From Eledone cirrhosa (Eukaryota), in NCBI GenBank assembly GCA_964016885.1, contig OZ024741.1:389670001-389734000 (forward strand): a DNA stretch of 64,000 nt, given 5' to 3'. A model generated the notes under the pieces. It ran no database searches, was not told the origin of the DNA, and saw nothing but the letters and a program-made list of their open reading frames with translations. Made by a program: the position numbers and the translations under genes. How positions within the stretch are numbered: position 1 is the stretch's first letter; the number at the start of each line of letters is the position of its first letter. Of this stretch, positions 12,778 through 22,712 are shown one piece after another.

Positions 12778-12866
12778 TCTCGGCAGAAGCGAAGGGATAT
12801 GCAATCTTGATAAGCGCTAATGAGCAAGAAACAGCCATCGGTTGCTTCCCTTTGTTTATGCCGAGA
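12778..12866 (+). ncRNA. Degenerate minimal type I hammerhead ribozyme-like motif (Penelope-like)
   Basis: Long stem I (TCTCGGCA..AAGGGA..GCAATC / GGTTGC..TCCCTT..TGCCGAGA) enclosing TTGATAA, stem II (GCT/AGC), GAAAC AGCC ATC. Confidence 0.55.
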
Positions 12867-13010
12867 CTAAGTAAGTGACATAGTCACTACTTTAAAACTC
12901 TTAGCGAAAGGTCTTCAAAATGTTTTAAAATAAACATACAGTATATTATCAAATATACTATACATACATTCATATATACATTGCTATTTCAGAGCACTGA
13001 TACTAATTCT

Positions 13011-13012
<2 letters not shown>

Positions 13013-13088
<76 letters not shown>
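13013..13088. repeat. (TA)n microsatellite
   Basis: Pure TA run. Confidence 0.95.
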
Positions 13089-13090
<2 letters not shown>

Positions 13091-13260
13091 GAAGGGGCTT
13101 CGAAAGGTTTGTGGAAAAAGAAAATATTTTTCTGCAAGCATAGATACCAGTTTTTAAGTCCATCTGTGTAAAACTGAGGGCCATGCGATTGAAACCATGT
13201 CAAAACACTTTTTTTTACATTTTCAGCTGATGGAAAATGGGTACCTTTCAATGATTTTTG
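13089..13260 (-). mobile_element. Mariner transposon 3' remnant
   Basis: KGTHFPSAENVKKSVLTWFQSHGPQFYTDGLKNW resembles the mariner transposase C-terminus; TIR-like CGAAGGGGCTTCGAAAGG abuts TA. Confidence 0.65.
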
Positions 13261-14458
13261 GTTGACTGTTGGTCTTCCACAAACAATCTTGCTTGGAATT
13301 GTGTTTTTCGGAGGAAATTTCTAGGGGCAAATCCCATGGTCATTCGTGACTGAAGGGGATCTTTACCTTTACCCTTACCTTTTATACTACTGCAACTAAT
13401 TTTCTGTTATTGTTTACAGTTTTGTAGGACAGAATCCATTCCCCTAATACTACTTATAGACTTCTTATTGCTACTCTTATCTATATTGATTTATCAACAC
13501 CTATCATATCCTTTTCTCCCTAATGTTCACCTTACTTTCTTTCTCATTCTTCTTATTTCTTACTTCATCTTCATATGTCTTTCTATCTAAAATACTATCC
13601 TTCATATATCTCTACCTTTCTATTCTTTCATTGTGTTTCTTCTTTTTTTCTATTTTTCTTCTTTTTTTTTCCTTTAATTTTTGCTTGCCTTCTATATCTC
13701 TCTACATGTGAAAAAGTTCTTATTCCACTTTGAAAATTTGTTGTGTCTACATATAAGTTTTTGAGTTGTTGGATTCAATTTAATTTGATTGGAAGAGGTA
13801 AATGTTAGCAATCATCATCATTATCATCATCATCTTCGTTTAACGTCCATCTTCCATGCTAGCATGTATTGTTTTAAATATTGTTTTAAATTTCTCTCTC
13901 TCTCTCTCTCTCTTTTATATATATATATATATATATTATTTTCTCAGAAATATTCAGAAGTTGAGGGTAGGAAAATTCAGTTATATTATACCTCTGTTCA
14001 CCTGGCTCAGTTGTTGTTTGGATATGTGAACTGAGTTGCGTGGCAATTTTGAAAACATTGTTACACTATTATTAAAATTTTAAATTACTTTGAAACATAG
14101 TCAATGCATATGGTGAAATAAAACATAGTATTCTATTCAAAATGTTCAATCTTAAAGCATTTTCATCGGTGAATCACTATAAGATTCTTTTTCATCTTGT
14201 ACTCATCTTGGACTCCCACAAAGCACTTTTTCATCTATTTCACTTGTGCTTATTCCAGCTTCACCCCAGGTCCCTTCAAATGTTTCCTGATCATCAATCT
14301 CTCTTACGAAAAATGATGGGATGACCATAGATATGATTATGAATTTTCACAAGCAGGCTCTACAACTTTAGTACACAACAGCAACAACAACAATGCAAAA
14401 CAACAACAATAAAAACAATACACAACACCTGACCAAGTTGTGATATGATGTGATTTAC

Positions 14459-14534
14459 CTGCAGAAACTGTGTGTCGAGTTGTATAGGCTTCATTGTTTG
14501 CAGTTGTGAAAAATATTTTATTCTCAGCAACATC
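14459..14534 (-). CDS. Host gene coding exon (DVAENKIFFTTANNEAYTTRHTVSA)
   Basis: Acceptor ttatttctactgcag, donor CAG/gtaaat; 76 nt, phase 0 in and phase 1 out, joins the 12512 exon in frame. Confidence 0.8.
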
Positions 14535-14679
14535 CTGCAGTAGAAATAATAAACAGATGTACAAAAGAAATCAGTCACACACACACATGTACACCAGGTC
14601 CAAACACAGAGGAACCAAACTCCCACTGTCACCATCTTTCCCGCTCTCCCCATCTCTCATTATTATGAGCAAATGGGGC

Positions 14680-15935
14680 CCACGTGCCAGCCACCCCATG
14701 GCCCCAGTGAAGAGAATAGAGAAGGCGTTACCCAGGAAGATGGTGAGGGAAATGAGCTGGAAGAGCCATTCCATCTCACAAGGCTCACTCCTGTGTGTAG
14801 TCAGCTCTGTGCTGATGGTGGTGAGTCAGGAGGTGGCCCTAGGGCCAAGGACACCAGCAGTCCCCACTGCTACAGGCTCGACTGCAAACCTGTCGGAGAG
14901 CGACCGATATTTGGAGTTTGCACTCTTCATCCCAAAGTGCAACAGAGCCTGGGTTAGTCACAGACTGCACCAGGTTGCCACTCGAGTACGTATCACTGCA
15001 TATGACGGAACAGATAGATGGTCGTACCATCTGGCCTTTTGCCGAGTCCTCAGTCTAGCCCCACCGGCTCGAGCTGGGAGGGGAAGCCTGCAGCATGCAA
15101 TCCATGCTTTCTGACCTCATTGAGAGCAACATGGTGTGGAAGGTGGCCAGTACTGTAGTGACAGGACAGCAGGTGAAGGCCAAAAGAGTCTACAGTGGAT
15201 CTGCAGTGACATTTGTGTAGCATGCAGATCCGGAGGCCGAGCCTCTGGGAAACCCCAATGCGCAGGCTATCATTATCCAGCTGCCTTCCAGTTGAAAAGA
15301 GGGTAAGGCATTGAACCAGGCACTGCTGTGGGTTTGTGAGGCAGAGCAAAAACATGCAAGGGGGTGCTGGTTGAGCTGGCATGCTAGTCTGTCTGAGGCC
15401 ATGTTGCACTGGATGGCATCTCATATGCTCTGTGTTCTGGGGTTAACAGGGGAAAAAGGAGAAGGGACATCTTCTGGGCTGAGTCTGAGTCAGTTCTAAG
15501 TCTTGCAGGCAGCCTCACGTTCTTCGATCACAGTGGTTTCCATTGTGTTTTGGAGAACCTTGTTGATGAGGATGCAGCAAGAAGTTACCAACGAAAGAAA
15601 CACCAGCAAAACCAGCAATACCGGGGACCAGAGAACAAGGCCACCATTTCTAACCAGGTAGGTTGTCAAACCCGATGTGGCATATCTCTTCAGCTGCTGC
15701 TCAGATACAAGTGTCGGGGTCAGCAAGGAGAAATGCATGGCTGTAGCAAGGAACTCTACGAAGTGTGTAGAGGAGCTTTGGCATGGCAAAGCAGTTCCTC
15801 AACAGGAAGAGGGCTTGTTTACTTCAATCATGCCCAGTCTGCTCATGAGGATTGTGAGCTGCTGGAGCCTGGACCTGATGGTGGAGAGGATGGCCGGCGG
15901 GAGAATTGGTGACCCAATTAGAGGTTATCTGCACT
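14680..15935 (-). mobile_element. Degraded CRE/Zenon-like RLE non-LTR retrotransposon
   Basis: SAWFNALPS..LDNDSLRIGVSQRLGLRIC..HKCHC..HLLSC, LEPVGLD..KRPDG, WLFQLISLTIFLGNAFSIL across frameshifts. Confidence 0.75.
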
Positions 15936-16067
15936 TGGAGGAGAATGGATTACACGTCCATATATACTATACTATATATATATATATATATATATTATCA
16001 TTATTATTATTATTATTAATAGAGATGAAAGTTTAAGCAAAGAATTTCTGCTTTCAGCCTATGCTAG

Positions 16068-16106
<39 letters not shown>

Positions 16107-16141
16107 ATACTAGCAGACAAAATGATGTTAAGTGAGGTTAG

Positions 16142-16192
<51 letters not shown>

Positions 16193-16196
<4 letters not shown>

Positions 16197-16469
16197 GGTG
16201 ATGTGTTGTTTCCTTGAGCAAGACACTTTATTTCACATTGCTCCAGTTTACTCAGCTGTAGAAATGAGGTGATAGGGACTTCGGTCCCTATCATTCCACT
16301 GCAAAGTGGTCGTGGAGGTGCCACGGCAAAAAAGCACCCAGCACTCACTGTAAATGAGGTTGGTGTTAGGAAGGGCATCCAGCTGTAGAAATCAAGCCAG
16401 AATCAGTTCCCGTCCCACCCTTGCAAGCAGGGAAAAAGCAGACGTAAAATGAAATGATGATGATGATGA

Positions 16470-16472
<3 letters not shown>
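16193..16472 (+). mobile_element. 5'-truncated CORE SINE with RTE-type tail
   Basis: Near-identical to the 3' part of 60804-61143; (GAT)n tail. Confidence 0.85.
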
Positions 16473-16528
<56 letters not shown>

Positions 16529-16534
16529 AGAATT

Positions 16535-16635
16535 GGGATGCAACGGCTGAGCTTTTGCTGTTTCAACAGTAAGTTCCAGACTGTTTGCTGAAGGCCTTGG
16601 CGGTTTACTGGCTGTATCATCAGGGGTGTGGTTTG
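16535..16635 (-). ncRNA. Degenerate hammerhead-like motif (Penelope-like terminus)
   Basis: CTGATGA, stem II CAGTAA/TTACTG, GAAAC AGC AAAA GCT; the cleavage-site GT and stem I partner are missing. Confidence 0.35.
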
Positions 16636-17544
16636 TCCAAATAAGGGTATACATTATTTCTCCAATTGTAAATTCTCTTCATATAAGTGTTAATTTTTTT
16701 ATGGTTAGGGAGTGGTTGTATATGTAGATATCTAGCTTAGTGAGTGTCTATATGCATGTGTGCATCTATATGCGCATCCAAACGTATCTGCCTGGTCAAC
16801 TTGAAATAGAATAATCATGGAGAAGGGGTGGAATTGTATTTGTAGAAAATATATTAGGGTGTGTGTGTGTCTGTCTGCTCCCAGACATGTTTATCGCGAC
16901 CTTCAGACAACAGGTCTATAGAATTGATGTCAGACCTAGCAGTAGATTGCCCTAATCAAAGAATTGTTCAAATTTACCGATTGCCAAATTAAATGTATCT
17001 GTCAGTGAAGTGACGATTTATTTGTTAGTTAACTGAAAAGACAAGGAACAAACAGCTGGTGCTATTAACATAAAATCAAGTGGATTTTTTGGTTCAAGTT
17101 TATTTACTAGCACTTAAATTACCTTAAATTATGGTTAGGTGTATAGATTTAATTTACTTAAAACATCCACATTTTGAGGTACAACAGAGTAAGTGGTAGT
17201 GATTATATTTCATGTATGTCTACACATACACAAATACACACATATATATACATACATATATACATAGTGGTAACATAGTAGTAATTTGGTGAACAGCTTT
17301 GGGTGATTGACAGGTTACGCGTGAATGACTGCAGCCAGTGGCTGAATTTGAGTGGTCAAAGGATGGCGGTGACGTTTGAACTACGGAACCAATGAAAAGG
17401 CCGTAATAACAGGATGATATTAGTTGCTGCAGTTGAAATGGATGGAATACTTTGAATCCACAAGACATATCTGAGGAACTTTCGAATGCAGAATCGGGTT
17501 CGATCTGCAACAGATCCTGCCTTGAGCTGATCAACGGAGAAACA

Positions 17545-17665
17545 TAATAATAATAATGAAATTATTGTGTACAGTGCTCAGGTGCACTACAACTCATCAA
17601 AGGTGCATGTATAGTACATAGAATAATGTACAAATGTCAGGAAAATGAACAGTGTATGAGTCATG

Positions 17666-17737
<72 letters not shown>

Positions 17738-18680
17738 AATATTGTGTACAGTGCCCAGGTGCACCACAACTCATCAAAAAGTGCATGTACAGTACATAGG
17801 GCAATGCACAAACATCAGGAAAATGAACAGTGCACGAGTCATGATACACCCATGGAAGGGGTACATCAGGTGTAGTTTTGGCGTATTTCGGGAAGCATGA
17901 GTGTCTTAAAGGATGCAGTGTCTCGGCAGCTAACAACTGATGCAGGGAGTTTGTTCCATGCTTCAGCAACTCTGAGCGTGAAAAAATGACTACGAAAGTC
18001 ATGGGAGCTGTGCTGTTTTCTGATCTTGTAGGCATGTCCACGTGTGTTAGACACATGGAGATCAAAAAGGTGCTCAGGGTTGCAATTGGTGAGATGGTTA
18101 ATAACTTTGTGGGTATTCACCAAGTCCATTGCCAGACGTCGGAGCTTCAATGAATCCATGCCCAGGGAAGCAAGGCGTTCAGAGTATGGTAGGTGTCTGA
18201 TGGAGGGTATGCGCTTGGTTGCACGTCTCTGAACAGTTTCCAGGAGGTCAATGTTCTGAGCAAGATAGGGGTTCCAGACTGATGATGCGAATTCCAAGTG
18301 TGGTCGTACCATAGCTGTATATAGTTTTAAATAGATGGCTGGAGAGCGGCTAACAAAGGTCTTGCTGAGTGATGCTAAGACACCCTCGGTCTTCTTGACA
18401 ATCTTAGAGACATGCTTTGTCCAACGCAAATCGCTGCTGACAGTAATGCCCAGGTCACGTTCACAAGAGGACTTCTTGATATCAGTGTTGTGGAGGGAGT
18501 ATGTGGACGCTGGATTTTTCTCCCAAAATGCATGGTGGTACACTTGTCCACAGCCAGCTTCAGTTGCCAGTCTGTGATCCATTGCTGCATTGTGTCCAGG
18601 TCTGATTGTAGGAAAGAGTTGTACATTTCAGGATCAGTCCTTTTGATTTTAAGGTACAGCTTGATGTCATCTGCATATGT
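17545..18680 (-). mobile_element. CR1-clade LINE, 5'-truncated, with duplicated 3' tail
   Basis: YADDIKLY, LQSDLD..W, ERDLGITV, VRPHLEFASSVWNP, QRRATKRIP; 3' UTR ends in (ATT)n and is repeated at 17545-17665. Confidence 0.9.
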
Positions 18681-18732
18681 AATATGTTAATAAATTGGGA
18701 CTTGATGCATTACTGATTCCTCATTATCTCTA

Positions 18733-18779
<47 letters not shown>

Positions 18780-19036
18780 CATCCTCATTTAACATCAGTT
18801 TTCCCAGCTAACAAGGGTTAGCAGGTCATCACAGACCAAGTCACTATTTAATTGGAGCCACTGATCTCTCAGATGTGCTATGGCATATTTTGTTTACATT
18901 AATTCCAGCACTCTATATGTGTAAAAAGGTGCCATGTGCTTGAAGCTGATGGAATCTGTAAAAGAGGGAAATTAAAGAAGACAGGGAACGAAGTTGTGGC
19001 CTAATACAAAAGACCTATCCACACACACTCACACAC

Positions 19037-19069
<33 letters not shown>

Positions 19070-19071
<2 letters not shown>

Positions 19072-20341
19072 ACAGAGACAAAGTTATGCTAGCGGGGGAC
19101 TTCAATGGACATGTTGGACAGCTCCAGGATGGATACACTGGGGTACATGGTGGGCACGGTTACAGCTCAAGAAATGAAGAAGGAGCGAGGCTTCTTGAAT
19201 TTTGTGATGCAAATGCACTAACCATTTGCAACACTAACTTCCAGAAGCCTACCAACCACCTAATAACCTACAAATTAGGTGAGCTCATAAGCCAGATTGA
19301 CTTTCTGCTAGTTAGACAGCGAGACAGACAGATGGTGTCAAATACTAAGGCATACCCCGGGGAAGAATGTACCCCACAGCATAGGTTAGTCGTTAATGAC
19401 ATCTCAGTAAGCAAGAGAAAGAATGAGACATACAGGAAGGTATGGAAAAGAAAAGTCTGGAAGCTGAAAGACCTTTCATTAAAATATAAATTTAGCAAAG
19501 CCCTTCAAGATGTGTATGACAAAAAAGAAGACGATTTAGAGTTGTATGACATAGATGATAACTGGAATTTCTTGTGTGACAACTTACTGCAGGCTACTGA
19601 AGAAACTTGTAGTTGGGGCAGAGCTTCAATCAGACAGAGAGTGACCTGGTAGTGGAACAGCACAGTAGATAGGGCTATTAGAGACAAAAGACTGGCATGG
19701 AAGGCTTGGAAAAAACAGTGGGAGTAGAGAAGGATACACAGCCGCTAAGATAGACGTCAGGTGTACTTAGCACGCAGGGAGGCTGAGAGTAGGAGATTTG
19801 CCAATGTTCTGCGACAGGAAGATCAGAGACGTGCTGTGTTCCACATTGCAAGGCGGTGTGTCAGTGCAAATCAGGATGTTGTTGGAGATAAGTGTGTCCA
19901 GAATGATGCTGGTGTACTTAGTGTCATGAATGATCAAAAAAAGGAGGCCTGGAAATGTCATTATGAGAGACTGATGAATGTGGAGAACGAATGGGACAGA
20001 GAGAAATTACCCCCAGTAGACCCGACAGAGGGATCAGCTATTATGAGATTGACGAATATAGGGTACAAGAGGTAATTAAGGAAATGAATAATGGTAAGGC
20101 TGCTGGACCGCCGGGGGTAGCTGCTGAGATGCTGAAGGCATCAGGAGAAGTAGGCACTAAACTAGTTGCACGCATCATTAATCAAGCTATATATGGTGGT
20201 GTCATACCCAAAGATTGGTGCAGCAGTATTCTCATAAATTGCTACAAAGGTAAAGGGATGCTCTAGAGAGGAGCAATTATAGGGGCATAAAGCTGATGGA
20301 TCAGGTTATGAAAGTGGCAGAGAGAATATTAGCGCAACTGA
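19070..20341 (+). mobile_element. RTE LINE copy B, 5' part (APE endonuclease and tether)
   Basis: AGDFNGHVG, QIDFLLV, QHRLVV, GKAAGPPG, YKGKG..NYRGIKLMDQVMKVAERILAQL; the reading continues at 22334 and 27586. Confidence 0.9.
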
Positions 20342-22333
20342 CGTAGCAGCATCATCATTAACTGTTACAAGGGTAAAGGAGACGCCCTAGATAGGAGTAA
20401 CTATAGAGGGATTAAATTAATCGACCAGGTCATGAAGGTCACGGAAAAAGTAATAGTGCAACTAATCAGAGAGAGAATCGATCTAGATGAAATGCAGTTC
20501 GGGTTTGTGTCAGGCAAAAGTACCACAGACGCTCTTTTCATTGTACAACAACTACAGGAGAAGTACCTAGCTAAAAGTAAACCCCTATACTTAGCCTTTG
20601 TCGACTTGGAGAAAGCCTTCGACAGAGTCCCCCGTTCCATTATCTGGTGGGCTCTTAGAAAACTAGGTGTTGACGAATGGCTTGTGAGAGCTATACAAGC
20701 CATGTATAAAGAAACAGTGAGCAAGGTTAGAATTAACAACGAATATAGTGAAGAGTTTAGCGTAAAAGTTGGTGTCCATCAGGGCTCTGTTCTTAGCCCC
20801 CTACTATTCATTATTGCTCTTCAGGCTATAACAGAGGAGTTCAAGACCGGCTGCCCATGGGAACTCCTATACGCAGATGACCTAACGCTCATAGCTGAAT
20901 CAATGGCCGAGCTAGAGAAGAAATTCCAAACATGGAAGCACGGCCTAGAATCAAAAGGCCTTAAAATTAACATGGCTAAGACTAAAGTTCTAGTTTATAG
21001 GAAAGAAAATAAGGCGCCGGTCCCTTCCGGGAAATGGCCATGCTCAGTGTGTAGGAAAGGCGTAGGTAGAAACTCCATTTTATGTCCCAAATGCAAAGTA
21101 TGGGTGCATAAAAGATGTAGTGGGATCACAGGTAAGCTAACTAAGAACACAGATTTTACATGTGGCCGGTGCTCTGGTGCAATAAGTAGCAGCAAGTGCC
21201 CACAAAATACTAGCTCTTTCAACTGCGCAGAGGGTTCTATAGAAATAGTGGACAGCTTCCGTTACCTGGGTGACAAAATCAGCAGTGGGGGAGGGTGCTC
21301 CGAAAGTACAGTAGCTAGAGTCAGAACGGGATGGAAAAAGTTCAGAGAGCTTATACCACTATTAGCCGCTAAAGGGTTCTCCCTAAAAGTGAAAGGCAGG
21401 TTGTATGATGCCTGCATACGAACAGCAATGTTGCATGGCAGTGAGACCTGGGCATTGTGTGCAGAGGATATACGCAGACTAGAGAGGAACGAAGCTTGCA
21501 TGCTCCGCTGGATGTGTAATAGTAATATACGCGAACGGCAAAGCATAAACGAACTAAGGAAAAAATTAGAAATAAGAGGGATCAGATGTTGTTTACTTGA
21601 GAGAAGGCTACGTTGGTATGGTCACGTGATGCGCATGAAAGACGACAGCTGTATAACAAAGTGCAGGGCAATAAAGATAGATGGTAGCCACGGAGTAGGC
21701 AGACCCAGAAAAACCTGGGACGAGCTGATAAATTCCGACCTCACACACTTACACCTCTCCAAGACAATGTCACTGGACCGAGACCTTTGGCGGTACTCAG
21801 TAACAGAGAAGACCCGCGTTACCTAAATACAAAGTAAAACCTACTACAGTCAGTAGGCATCTCTAACAAAATACACCCCCGTCCCACCACCCCCACCCCA
21901 TCCACACCGCCCCTTTCAATGTAAAGTTATGTTGGTGCCACAAAATCCAGGCCGAAACAAATGAGATCGTGTAGGTGTCACGAAAAAAAAACACACAGTC
22001 CACGCTGTAATGTGACCGTGTAGGCAACACGGTAAAAACGTCCCAGTCCCACACTGTAAATGTGGTTGGTGTTAGGAAGGGCATCCAGCTGTAGAAAACC
22101 TGCCAGACAGTCCACGCTGTAATGTGGCCGTGTAGACAACACGGTAAAAACCTCCCAGCCCCACACTGTAAATGTGGTTGGTGTTAGGAAGGGCATCCAA
22201 CTGTAGAAAACCCGCCAGACAGTCCTATGCGAGCAAGACAACCACTCTCGCCTCAAGTGGGAAAACTCCCGTCCAAACCCATGCAAGCATGGAACACGGA
22301 CGTTAAACGATGATGATGATGATGATGATGATG
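20342..22333 (+). mobile_element. RTE LINE copy A, 5'-truncated, young, nested in copy B
   Basis: Intact 464-aa ORF 20432-21826 (DLEKAFD, GVHQGSVLSP, YADD, RRLRWYGHVMR); long 3' UTR with (GAT)n tail. Confidence 0.92.
20432..21826 (+). CDS. RTE reverse transcriptase (partial) with embedded PHD-type C4HC3 finger
   Basis: RT motifs plus CSVC..CPKC..H..C..CGRC between YADD and FRYLG. Confidence 0.8.
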   Translation: MKVTEKVIVQLIRERIDLDEMQFGFVSGKSTTDALFIVQQLQEKYLAKSKPLYLAFVDLEKAFDRVPRSIIWWALRKLGVDEWLVRAIQAMYKETVSKVRINNEYSEEFSVKVGVHQGSVLSPLLFIIALQAITEEFKTGCPWELLYADDLTLIAESMAELEKKFQTWKHGLESKGLKINMAKTKVLVYRKENKAPVPSGKWPCSVCRKGVGRNSILCPKCKVWVHKRCSGITGKLTKNTDFTCGRCSGAISSSKCPQNTSSFNCAEGSIEIVDSFRYLGDKISSGGGCSESTVARVRTGWKKFRELIPLLAAKGFSLKVKGRLYDACIRTAMLHGSETWALCAEDIRRLERNEACMLRWMCNSNIRERQSINELRKKLEIRGIRCCLLERRLRWYGHVMRMKDDSCITKCRAIKIDGSHGVGRPRKTWDELINSDLTHLHLSKTMSLDRDLWRYSVTEKTRVT

Positions 22334-22345
22334 ATTAGAGAAAGG

Positions 22346-22712
22346 TATAACGTTGATTAAGTGTTGCTGGAGATATTATTATATTTATCGATTCAGAAGG
22401 CAATGACAAAAACGACATAATCCGTTATAACAAAAATTCCCTTTTATTTGTTGTACAAATATGGAATTGAAAATAACAAGAAAAGGTTAAGCAAGTCTTC
22501 ACGTCATGTTGGCTGCATGGACGTCTTGATGCTGGTCGTTCAGTGAACTCTCTGTGTCTCTCTGCCTGTCAGCCAACACTGTCTCTGGTCCAAGTAGTCC
22601 AGCAACTTATCTCAATCTGCTGAGGGCTTTGATTGGCTCACACTTCAGCCAATTCACCTCTGTGACACTATTCTTCCGCCGAAGGAAAATACATTTAATT
22701 CTGTTCACTACA
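22346..22712 (-). repeat. 3' LTR of Gypsy element
   Basis: Starts TGTAGTG after PPT GGAGGGTAC (22713-22721); its end matches 27469-27585. Confidence 0.85.

Noticed and set aside
14494-15114. 206-aa + strand ORF
   Set aside because: Antisense to the CRE-like element and a host exon; no recognisable domain
21990-22225. CRISPR-like repeat/spacer pattern
   Set aside because: Tandem LINE 3'-UTR modules without unique spacers; eukaryotic context with no cas genes
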